NCBI GenBank assembly: GCA_001724265.1
Contig: MEDY01000255.1
Span: 1 to 64,000, forward strand
From: Rhizaria sp. SCN 62-66
Lineage: Eukaryota
Direction: 5' to 3'
Length of the DNA: 64,000 nucleotides
The notes beneath the pieces were generated by a model. That model was given only the letters and a program-made list of their open reading frames with translations. It ran no database searches and had not been told where the DNA came from. The stretch's first letter is position 1. Each line of letters opens with the position of its first letter. Below, piece by piece: positions 11,183 to 22,952 of this stretch. The position numbers and the translations under genes were made by a program.

Positions 11183-12034
11183 ATGTCTGAGGCACGTAAG
11201 CCGTCTCTGCTGTCGACCTGGACCCTTCCTAAGGCCAGTAAGGCCCTTTTTTGCACGCAGTGCGGTGCCATCATGAACTTGCCCGACTCGTTCAACGATA
11301 TCAAGTGCCCCGACTGCCCCTACTCCTTCAACGGTACGCTCCTCTCGACAACCTGCCCCTCCTCCACTAGAGCTCTGCTTCACTCTTACAAAACAAGCTC
11401 TATTGCCGCACAACAGTGCATTATCAGTATTGCATCTTAGTATCACGTGAAATGCGATGTTAAATATCTGTGCATCTGTTTCTGTCGTGACTTGGCCTTA
11501 TCTCACCTTACTCAACTCCTCCCCCTTTTCCCTGCTCCATCTCATCGGAATGCAACCCTACTTTCGCTGTTTCATTGCTGTCCAATGTTTCCGCTTCCGC
11601 TGCTTAGCCGACACTATGGATGTCGGCGACCAGGTGCAGACGAAGATGATGGAGAGTCTGGAGACCGTCCAGAGCAAGGCCCTTGACCCTACCATGCGCC
11701 GCGCAGTCGTACGTTCCCTCGCCTCTCACGATCCTCCCAACATTCTTCACTTAATGCACTCTAGAACCCCTCAATCGTAATGCCTTTTCACAATACTTTA
11801 TCCAAACCTGTAAACCTGTATCATATAACTTTCTCTAACTTTTTCCTGCTATATCTTTTACTGTGTATCTTTTTTGTTGCGTTATGTGTCATGCCTCAGG
11901 TTGCCGAGCCCTGCCCTAAGTGCGAGTACCACGAGTTGCGCTTCTACACGATGCAGATGCGTTCCGTCGATGAAGGGCAGACCGTCTTCTACGAGTGCGA
12001 AAAGTGCAACCACACGTACTCTACTAACACGTAA
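11183..12034 (+). CDS. RPA12: RNA polymerase I subunit RPA12, 3 exons: 11183-11333, 11608-11708, 11900-12034
   Basis: N-terminal zinc ribbon FCTQCGAIM...CPDC and TFIIS-like C-terminal ribbon CPKC...QMRSVDEGQTVFYECEKC. Splice phases are consistent, TAA stop. Confidence 0.92.
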
Positions 12035-12564
12035 GCGCGACAACAGTGCGCGTTGTCGTGGCCCGCGAGAGTGTGCGCTTGACAGGGGGGGGGGAGTTGT
12101 CTCAGGTATTTTATTACATAGTCCATACATCAAATCTTTGCCTTACGGGATTGTTTGATTTATAAATCAGTATTTGTACTTTATTGGAATGGGAAAACAA
12201 AAAACTACTCGCGCATATCATCGAGTATTGCGTTACAAAGCGCCATCTCAGCCGTCACCCCGCTCAGTGTGACTTGAGAGCGGAGGTGGCGGTTTGTGTC
12301 GACAAACGGCGGCGACTGTGGGGAGGCGAGCGGTGCGAGCGTCCAAACGAGACACACACGCACGCGCACAAAAGGGGGGGACGCCGGGGCGGGCGGGGGT
12401 TAATAGAGCTCGCAGACTGCGGCGGCAAGAGTGGAGGAGGTAAAAAGTGACTGCAGGATCGGGTCACGTGGTTTCGCCCTTACCCGCGCGCTCGCCGCTG
12501 CAAACGAGGGTTAAGTTGCATCAAAGCGGCACGGCACTGTGCTGAGAGTGTGCGGGAAGCGCAC

Positions 12565-13313
12565 TTACTCCTGCTTGGCGGCGATGCGAGCCTTCTCGGC
12601 AGCCTCGGCGACAGCGACAAACTTGGCGTACTCGGCACGCTGGGCAGCGACCTGTGGTGAAAACAAAACAACGCGGGAATATGCAACGATAATGTGAGCC
12701 AAGTGCAAATGTAACAAACACGAAACGTATATATGTAACGGGTACATGTTCTGGTCTTGTTAGAGCGTCAGAGCATGACGGTAATTGAGCGCAAAGTAAG
12801 TTGCAGTGTGGTAAGGGATTGGACGGACCTGAGTGTTGTCGTTGACCTTGTAGGCGATGCCGGCAGCCAGGCCGAGCAGGGAGCCGATGGCGACGTGGCG
12901 GATACCACGGGAGAAGAACTGAGAGGCGGGAGAAGGCGGGAGCGACGAAGTGGGGGTGCGAGGGGCGCAGGGAAGCGAGGGAAAAGGGACGGGAGAGAAG
13001 GTAGAGGTGTGTTAGGTCGGCTAGGCAAGGCGTGGCGTGGGGGGAAACTTTGGAGGGACATTTGGCGGCATAAATGCGTGAAATGCGGGGTAAGACGGTG
13101 ATGATGAGAGATAAAAAGTCGTGGGGAAAAATCTCGTGTGAATGAAAGACGTACGGCCTTGGTGTCGAGAGTGCCATCGTTGAGGTGAATGCCGCCGAAG
13201 AGCTTGTCGGAGCCCTTGGAGCGGGCAATGTCGAGGCACTGCTCAAAGTTGCGGATGCGGAAGTTGGCATCGCGAGTGAAGGTCTGCTGCACAAAGCGAG
13301 AAGCGGTAAACAT
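12565..13313 (-). CDS. Probable cytochrome c oxidase subunit of the COX6C/Cox9/plant COX5c type, 3 exons: 13313-13155, 12918-12829, 12651-12565
   Basis: Spliced 111 aa product with a presequence-like N-terminus and one TM segment IRHVAIGSLLGLAAGIAYKV...RAEYAKF resembling that family. Strong codon bias, TAA stop. The gene model is firmer than the product name. Confidence 0.65.
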
Positions 13314-14223
13314 CCTTAATTCCTAACCACGTTCGGAAACGACGGTAACAGACAAAAGACAAAAACGAAAACCAAATCACGTGCTCACCCCTTGGACGGC
13401 CAGTGGGCCAGAGACCGAAAAGTGACCGTGAGCAAAGGTGGGTTGGAATTTTGCGGTCCAGCGCGCGCCGGCTGCTGACCGCACCCACCACAACTCGAAC
13501 TTCTTCGGTCGGTTGTCTCGAGGAGTGTCGCGGGATTTTGAGATTCGAATTTCGCTCTCGTGGTGCGGACAGAAGCCTAAGGATTTCTACCACGGATGTG
13601 TCGTCGAGGTTTTTTTCTTGTACATTATTTGCCATTGCGCTCACGATGATTTCGCCGCGGCCAGAACCTCGCTGACGGTGTAACGCCCCGTAGACTGCAT
13701 CGCACAGGGTTTCGTCCCTGCTCGCCACGCACCTTGCTTTCCCACCCTCACCCTGTCACTTTTCGCGCTGATTTTTTCTGCACCCTACAGCTCCAACCCG
13801 TTTAAATCCCCCTATCGTGGAGATTTAAGCCTCCGTCCCGCGTCGACCCCACCCCGGCGTCCAGCTTCCTTCCCCCTCTCCAGGCTGCTCCGTTGCTGTG
13901 CGCTCGCCTACGACGACGACAGCCCCGCGCCCCAACGCTCTCGCCTGCGCCCGCCTCCCCGCCGCCGCAGTTGCCACACCCACACCTCGCCCCGCTTCCC
14001 GCGCCGCGCCGTGCTGTCCCCAGCGTTGCTCCCGTCTCGCACGAGTCAGCTCTTGAACCAAGAATTGAACTTCTGACTTTGCTGTCGCCTTGCTCACTTC
14101 GCTGTGCTGTGAACTCTTGCTCCCGCACGCGTCTTTCCCCGGCACCGACTGATTTGTCTTCTACACTGCAGTAACCGCTTGTTTTAGGCCTCGACCCGCA
14201 CTTAAACACACCACAAAACTACG

Positions 14224-15107
14224 ATGGGTAACATTTGCTGCCGCTCTCGCAAGGTACACCATCCTTTCTCCTCAAACAACTCATTGCTCAGTCAAAACAA
14301 TCTATCACACTTTCTCGTTTGACCTAACCTACCATAAGCTCACCAAGTATCTTTTTAATTACGAATTTCTTGTTTTGACTTGTTTTTGCGCCGCAATCCC
14401 AGGGCAACTCGGCCGCCCCTGGCGCCGAGGATAAGGTGCTCTCTGAGCAGTACGACACGCATCTGCTCGCCTACAACCGCGCCGGCCGCTCTGCGCGCTC
14501 CACCCGCGCCGCCGCCGCACGCCTGCCGCCGCCCTCGCCCTTCACGGACCTGATCCGCACGCTCCCGGCCGACGTACAGGAGCAGGCGCGCGCCCTCATG
14601 ACGCCGGGCCACAACGGCGACGGCGCCACGGGCAGCACGCCCGCAGTCGACGCGGCGGCCTTGGCGGCGGCGGCGAGGGACGGCGCGGTGGACGAGGACG
14701 CGGTCGCCGGCGTCTCGCTGCTGGCCGCCTTTACCGCGGCGTACGTCGACGTCTCGGAGTCAGAGGCTGAGGTTGGCGCCGGCTCCAGAAAGCGCGGGGC
14801 CAAGGGCAAGGGGGGCAAGGCCGCCGCCGCCGCTGCCGCTGCTGCTGCTGCTCCTGTGACCAGCAACGGTCCCGTCGCGCGCAAGTCGCTCGCCGCCGCC
14901 GCCAAGGCCGCCGCCGAGGCCACTGACAGCGAAGCCGAGGCCGAGGAGACTGAGGCAGAGCCCGAGACTGAGGCTGAGGCTGAGACTGAGACGAAGAAGG
15001 GCACCAGGAAGAGCAGCGGCAGCAAGAAGGCGAGTGCGAGCGTCAGTGCGAGCGCCAAGAAGGCTGCTGCCAAGGCCAGTGAGAGCGACGCGCGCCGCCG
15101 CCGCTAA
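14224..15107 (+). CDS. Uncharacterised protein with N-terminal myristoylation/palmitoylation motif and Ala/Lys/Glu-rich tail, 2 exons: 14224-14253, 14403-15107
   Basis: MGNICCRSRK micro-exon splices in frame (GT..AG) to ORF 14436..15107. TAA stop. Confidence 0.75.
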
Positions 15108-17077
15108 GTAAGTACCTTGCGTACTTCGATGCACGAGGTATTAGTTGCACTCTAGTTGCGCGTCACTTCTTTTAACTGCGCTCAGGCGTACTTAGTTGGC
15201 CCGGTGGGTTGCACCGCCCTCGGCAGCTTATGCTTACTGACAACACTCCATGGAGCGAGACAATGAGAGAGAGGCAGAGTCACAACGACCAGCACAGCAA
15301 CAACAACAGCAACACTGCGATATCAGTAGCGACGACGCGCTCGCTCGAACAGCACTGTCACGAGCGAGCTAAACTCGCATGCTAGCTCGTGACAACTTTA
15401 GTACTGAATCCTTCGCTGGTGATGTTGCCATTGTCGTTGTTGTTGTTATCTCTGCACTGCTTGTTATGCTTTTTGCGCTCCGTTTTTTGTTTTCGTTTTT
15501 TTTCATCTTTTCTCATTCTGGCTTTGTGTCGATGTTGTGGTTGTAAGTTAAGTGACATATGTTTCTTATGATGATTGTTTTCGTTTTTTCACATATCTAT
15601 TTGTTCGTGTTTGCGCTGTTCTATTTCTTTTTGTGTTGGGCTATTTGCAATGTTTTGCTTTGTTTTTTACATGCTATGTTTTTGAACGTCTCGAGTGTGC
15701 TGCGCCCGCGAATTTGTGTGTGTTTTTGCGCCTCTATATGCCTACATTGCCATAGCGTAACCAACGAACCAACGCATATGTGTTTGTGTGCGAGGTGTTT
15801 GTCATGTGAGGCTTGTTTTTGTTCGCTTCCCAAATTTCCTTTTCACGCTCGTTAAATGCTGTTGATTTTTTTCCTTTAAGAGATCTTGATACCTACAGAT
15901 ACACAAAATCTCTCTTCAACGAATCTACATTTGCATTTCCTCATACACTCTTGTTCTAAGGCATCATTTAATGGATACGATTGTATCCAGTTGTTTTCTC
16001 ACGATGTCATCTCATTTCAGGCGATCAAATAAAACCTCGCTCAAACTCGTGGTCGTCCCCATCGTACATAAAAATTCGAGTGAAGCAACGAAGATAGATG
16101 ATATGCGAGCTAAAATTATACAGTTAAGTTCAATAATGCGGTTCAAATGTAATTTCTAAGTTTTGCTTCACGAAAGTGCGTTTATGTCAAAATCATCCCT
16201 GTTTAGGTACAATTAGCAGCATGTCCAGCTACATTAGGACCGTTTCTGGTTCTCCGTGAACTCGAATTTTCGAGCAAAGTACAATCTACCTCATAAAAAC
16301 AACGAGATTTACCCGCAAACAAGGAAATACAAAACGAGCTTGGCTTAATCAGATCAATAACAGGAACCTGAGCCACTTAGAGGCTGTTTATGATGCAGTT
16401 ACGCCGCAATGTTGACCTCAATCCCCTGCGCGGATGGCAACAAATTTCAGCTATTCACATTGAAAGTGTCTTATAAACATGCACCAGTGCGGTTTAAATA
16501 CTAAATCCGGCGGCGGTCATGAGATGCCTCCGTTGAGTGACACAGCCGTGCGTATTGCGAGGATAGTGACTGAGCGATGGGCAGCCTTGACTGGGAGTCA
16601 GACACAAAAGGCGCGATAGCGCACTGAGACTAGCCAGAGCCATCGTCGCAATTTGCTATAATACACAAAAAGTAGCTTTCAGTAAATTTATGCCAATGCC
16701 GTTCAAAAAAGGCTTGTTATAGCATAGTTTTCTTCGACTGAGTGGTGCTGACAGAGCGACTGCCGTTAGCGTCGGCGGTCACGTCTCCTCTTCGAAGGCG
16801 ATCACTTCTGCAGGTCCTGTGCTGTTTTCTTATCGTCAATAGGAGTGTGTTGCCGATAAATAGCATTAAATTAATGCAGTTTACATTGTCCTTCTTTTAA
16901 ACGCGCTCATGTTTTCGTTTCGACCTTTTTGAGGTAGGTCTTTTTGGCCCCCCAAGCGGTGCTTTCCCCCTTCCTTTACCCAAACCTTCTTTTGCAGCCG
17001 CAGCACATCTTCCGCTCCTTTTCGGCCTACACTCCCGCAAGAATCCACGCTTATTCGCGTGTGCACACTGCCCAGCA

Positions 17078-18317
17078 ATGTCAGATCCGTCGGCTGAAGC
17101 GGGTTTTCTGGGCAATTACGACCCTTTTGCTATGGACGATGACGCGTATTTGGCCGCTCCGTGTCAATCTTGCCTCGATTCAGTACGTTCTTATTTCCGA
17201 ATCATGACCAAAACAGCTTGATGATTACCTTTTGTGTCTGTTGCACGCCTTTCTCGCGCGTTTTCCCGCTGAAATTTCCACGAGAACCCGGTTTTCTCCT
17301 TTCTGGATGCTTTTCACCCCCTCGCTCCTGTTTTCACACTTATTACCATCCATTTATCTCCATCTATCTCACTCGTATTACTTTAACCTATACCCAACAC
17401 GTTTGTTTTGCACTCTTCTGCCTTAGGAGTTTACTTTCACGTCGTCCCTGTCCGAAACCCCGTGCATCTACTGCATTCTGTTCCTGCTCTCCGAGGCTCA
17501 CGGGCAGGCCGAGGTGCGGGAGCCCCTCGTCGCGCGCCTCAAGAGCGATATCAGCGACCTCGACCTCGAGTTCATGATCCCGCAGCTATGCCAGCTCCTG
17601 CTCACGTGGCCCGCCGAGGAGGCCGAGTCGCTGGGCGAGGCCCTGGTCGAGCGCGCCGGCCCCTGTGTGCACTTGGCCATCAAGCTCATCTGGTGGCTCG
17701 AGGTACGATCTCGAAACAACAAAACAAAGCTTTTGGAGGCATATATTCGCTCTATTCGAACTAAATTTAAGATATAATTTATAATATCACATATTTTTAG
17801 ATATATAGTACTATATACCTTTGTTTTGTTTTTCAACCCGTCGATATATCCCATTTATATCTCACTTAAACCAAACACTGTTCTGCCTCGCCTTCCATTG
17901 CGTTTGCGTCCTCTGTCTAGGCCGCTGCGTACTACCTGCCGCCGGCGTCCGCGGAGCGCGCGGCGACAATCATGGACTCTTTGGAGATGGCCGTTGTGAA
18001 CGGGCCCGTCGACCTCAGCACGCTCGACACGTCCGCCCTCGCGTCCCTGCACCACGACCTCAACAACACACACATGGCCATGAGTACAGGCAGCCAAGGC
18101 GCGAGTACGCAGACTCAGACGCCCCACCAGATTGCGCACAGCAACAACGCCAGCGGCGCTGAGGCCGGCCACAACCTCACGCACATGAGCGCTTCAGAGC
18201 ACACGGTCGATGCCGGCGGCAACAGCAACAGCGACAGCAACAACACTGTCACCGCGGTCGCGCTCTCTGCTCCCGACGCCAACAACGGTGCCGCGAGCAA
18301 TAGTATTAGCACGAGTG

Positions 18318-18414
<97 letters not shown>

Positions 18415-21400
18415 CCTCGGCCGCGCTGACCTCGAGACTCCCCACGAGCACAAGCGCGGGCGCGGGCTCGTTTAGCGCGGCTGCGACGCCGCTGAAGCTG
18501 GTTCGGTTGGACTCGGTGCTGAAGAACATCACTCAGAAGCAGCACGCGCACCGCACGCCCGGTCGCGGCCACAACAACAGCAACAGCAACAGCAACATTG
18601 AGGGCGAACACGGTCTAAGTATCTCGAATCTAAGTACCGCCGACGACCGTGAGCACGACTCCGTCGCCGCGGCCCTGAGTGGCGACGTGGATGCCCACGA
18701 TGCAAGCGGCACCTCAACGCATCTAAGTACCCCGCACAAGTCTAAGGGTCGCGCCCTTAGCAGCAGCGGCGACATCCGCAACAACAGCACGGGCGACTGC
18801 GAGGCCGTGCTGATGCTCAACACCTTCGACTCGTCCCAGCCGCCCCCGTCGCTGGCGAGCGACGATATCGCAGCGCTCACCGCCGCCGCCGCCGCTGCCG
18901 TGGCGAAAGGACTACTCCCGGCCGCGGCGGCGGCGGCCGCGGGAGGCGTGAGCGCTGGTGGCAGCACCAAGGGCGTCGGCGCGGGCATCGTGGCGCGCGC
19001 GCGTGCGCCGTCGGCGGGGTCCTCGCAGTTCAAGCCGCGCAACAGCAAGGTCTTCACGACAAACAACAACAGCAACACCAATAACGCCGAGGGCACGACG
19101 ATGACAAGTCTCGCTCTCGATGACAACACTAGCGCCGCTAGAAACGCTGACGCTGAGTCTGCTGACAGCAACACCAGCGCCGCTGCTGCTGTTGACGGGG
19201 CTGGTGCTGGTGACGCAGGGCCTGAGACGACGGCTTTGATGACGACTGAGGGCGGCTTAACTTCCGCGTCCCAGTCATTGTCATCCTCGCAGTCGCAGTC
19301 GCACGCTCTGGGCGGCCTAACCTCTGACGAGTACGCCCTCTTCATCTCGAAGCAGGTGCGCTCGCAGTTCTTCAGCGGCGAGCTGGGCCTGCTTAAGTCC
19401 TTTCACGACATCTCGACGCGGCTTGTCGCGCATAAGGAGCGCGAGCAGCGCAAGAAGGTGCTGCCCAAGCTGCTCTCGCACCTGCGACTGTTCGGGCTCT
19501 ACTTTCCCATCTTCTCCGTCAACGACGAGCACCACATGATCCGCCGCATCTTCCCCGCCGAGGCCGTCGTGCTCAACTCGCGCGACAAGGCGCCCTTCTT
19601 GCTTTGGGCCGAGATCGAGACCGTGCCTGGCACGTACATGGGCGACCCCTCTACTTACAAGTCGTACGAACGCGTCGTGCAGTCGAAGTATCGCCGCCGC
19701 GTGCCCACGCTCATGTCGGCGGTGCGCGGTGCCGCGGGCAGCCCCGCCATCGTGCCCGCGCCCGTGCCGACGGTCACCAGCAACGGCAGCGGACAGGGCA
19801 GCGGAGGCAACGCGAACATGGGCAGCACCAACGGCAGCAGCAGTCGCAACAACAACAACAACGAAGACAGCTCCAGCATCCACGAGGACGACGAAGACGA
19901 CGACGACGATGACAACGACGGCGACAACGACGACGGCGACGCCCTCGCGCTCAACGCCAATGCCAACGCTAACGCCGCGGGGCTTGACAGCGGCAGCGGC
20001 CTTTTGTCGCCGCTGACGGCCGGCATCGGCGCCAGCCACCTCGTCATCGACGACTACGTCAACACCGCGAACAACAACAATAACAATAACAACCTCAGTG
20101 AAGATGGCGCCGTTGCTGCTGCTGCTGGTGACGCCGCCGCGCTGGCCGCCGCGACTGCCGCGGCCGAGTGCGCGGCGGCGTCGGGCAAGAGAGGTGGCCA
20201 CGTCCCCCTGGGCGCGGCCATGTCGCCGCTGCAGAACGTCACGGCCACCTCGCTCGCGCTCGCGTTGTCATCCTCCTCCTCGGCGCATCACCCTGGCACT
20301 GGCGCTAGCGCCCCCGGCGCAGCTGGCGCGGCGGGCGGTGCGGTTGCGGGGGGCGGCGGCGACTTCAGCGGAATCGCGAGGACACCGCTCGCGTCGCCGC
20401 GACAGGCCGCGCGGCTGACTCCCAGCAGCAGCAACATCCTCACTGCGAGCAATACAATCAACAACAACAACAACAGCAGCAGCGCTGCCGGCGACAGTAA
20501 CAGCAACAGCAGCGCTCGAGTGCCGGCTGCGGCGACTGCGGCCGCGACCGCGTCCGTCGCTGGCTCGCCTCTGCCCGCTCACAGCGCGAACACCGCCGCC
20601 AGAGTGGCCGCTGCCGCTAAGGCCGCCCCGAAGGAGAAAGAGCCCCCGCTGACCGGCACCGCGATGCTCGCCGAGGTCCGACCCGGAGGCCGCTACGACC
20701 CCTTTGGCGAGCTGCTTGAGGCGCGCACGGAGCGCCTGCTCGCCCACTACCGCGATGACGGTAACGGCGCCGGTGCAGCGGCGGCGTCGACCGCGGTGAC
20801 CGTGGGCGGCGGCGGCGGCAGGAGGCAGCTGAGGCCGCTGCCGCCGCCGGCCGGCGACGTCGCGATCCTCTCGGTCATCTTCAAGGTACGTGGGGCGATA
20901 TTTATTTCGCACAAATCAACGTATTTCGAAACATAATTTCATTTTTATCCGTAATGTCATTCGATGTGTGCATATTTATATTCTTGTGTTATGTAGTGTC
21001 AATCTGGTCGTTATGTACCTCCGCTCACGTTTTGTCATCAATCTTCATTGCTTCGGTTTCCCTCAGGGCGGCGACGACTGTCGGCAAGAGGTGCTCGCCA
21101 TGCAGCTCATCCAGCTTTTCCACCACGTCTGGGGCCAGGCCGATCTCTCGCTGCGGCTGCGGCCCTACGCCGTGCTGGCCACGTCCTTCGACTCCGGGCT
21201 GCTGGAGACGGTCACCAACACGTGCTCTATCGACGGACTCAAGAAGTCGCTGCCGGGGGTGTCGCTTGCGCAGTTCTTCGAGTGCTACTTCGGGCCCCGG
21301 CAGTCGGAGCGTTTCCATGAGGCGCAGCGGACGTTTGCAAACTCGATGGCTGCGTACTCGCTCGTGTGCTATTTTCTCCAGGTGCGTTTCACGAACTTAA

Positions 21401-21959
21401 GAAACTATGCGATCTCTTATCCCTGAAATTGCGTTTACTACGATGAATATGTGTTATATCTCACAGCAACTCAACGCTTTACTATTTTGTGTTTCGATGA
21501 TTCCAACAGGTCAAGGATCGCCACAACGGCAACATCCTGATCGACAACGAAGGCGCCATCGTCCACATCGACTTCGGCTTTATGCTTTCCAGCTCCCCAG
21601 GCGGGAACATGAACTTCGAGAACGTTCCGTTCAAGCTCACGGAAGAGTACGTCCGCGTCCTCGACGGCGAAACCTCCGAGATGTTTGACTTTTTCCGCTC
21701 GCAATTTGTCATGGGCTTCCTCGAGGCGCGCAAGCACGCGCACAAGTTCGTGCTGCTGACGCAGATCATGCTCACGGCCAACATGCACGCCTTCGTACGC
21801 GGACAGGCCGCCGTCGACGCCCTGCGCGCGCGCTTTATGCTGGACCTCAGCGACGACGCATGTATGGAGCACGCCGCGTCGCTCGTCGAGCGAAGCTGCA
21901 ACCACTGGCGCAGCGCGCGCTACGACGAGTATCAGCGCGTCACCAACGGCATCCTCTAA
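17078..21959 (+). CDS. PI4KB: Phosphatidylinositol 4-kinase beta, 5 exons: 17078-17182, 17427-17702, 17921-20885, 21067-21381, 21510-21959; one frameshift near 18323-18412
   Basis: PIK helical motif LEFMIPQLCQLL, LNSRDKAPFL, and kinase motifs FKGGDDCRQE, VKDRHNGNIL, HIDFGFML. Ends NGIL-TAA. Summed exon length is 4111 nt, not a multiple of 3. Confidence 0.92.
18323..18412 (+). repeat. Perfect (CAG)30 microsatellite inside PI4KB exon 3
   Basis: Counted directly from the sequence. Confidence 0.95.
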
Positions 21960-22952
21960 ACGCGGAGAGCGGCGGATAGGACGCCGTTTCGTTAGCACAG
22001 CGGCTGTCTCTCCAACCAATGTGCTTGACTGTGTGCGTGACTGCGTGTGCCGGATCTTGGCTTGACAAAGCGCATGCGTTGCCTCTTGTTTGGTTTGTGA
22101 CATTCCGAGTCGGTATCTGACAGGGTGGGGAGGTAACGCGCGAACACTTAGACTTATACAATTTCTTGTTTGAGTTGAAGTTTTAAAATTTAAGTGTAAG
22201 GGCTTACTGGAAAGATTTTTGTGTGTAATTCGTTTGGTGACAATACTCATCCGTATTTTTATGGCGTCATTGTGGAAGATCAACAATGTTTATACCTTCA
22301 TATCTTTGTTTTTGTGTTATTATTACGGTGTTTGTTGCGTTTGTTATTCGTATTATGTGAGTTGTTACTAAGTCTCTTTATTATAAAGTTGTTAATACAC
22401 AAAGCAAATTCAATCCAATCACGTCAGCTCAGCGCTGTGCGATTGTTTCCAATCTAAACATCTAAGGCGCATTCAATAAGTGTTCAATCGTAGGCTTTGC
22501 GCAAGAATCACTGGCTGTGTGTATTTTTTTGTTTCTTATAATTGTGCTGCGTGATCAAGTCTTTAGTTGTTTTGTGGTGTTACATGTACCTCGCAATTCG
22601 AGAGTAGTTTGTGAATGAATTATGCGAATAAGCATAAAATAAAACAGTCCTGTACTTATATGGACTTGTACATGGACATACTTTTTTTTTTTTAAATAAC
22701 TTTTAGTATCAATACGTAGCAACAATACTACGTCGACTTCGTTGTCTGCATTGAAGTCTCCCAGGATATCTTGCTGCTGTAGCATTGTTGGCTGCAATGG
22801 CGGCGTCAACAGCCACGATAGTAGCAGCCTTTAGAACACGTTCGTCCAAACACGCGAGCGTAGTAACCATTTGTGCTTCGCGCAACACTGCTTATACGAG
22901 TGCAAGGAGTGAATAATTTTCAACATCAACACTGTGCGTACATAACACGTGC

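Noticed and set aside
18473..18475. TAG in the upstream PI4K frame as another read-through site
   Set aside because: The frame closes at TGA near 18599 and the kinase is in another frame, so it is not counted as evidence for recoding.
22555..22809. Short minus-strand ORF downstream of the helicase
   Set aside because: Short, AT-rich and without motifs. Likely 3' UTR or intergenic.
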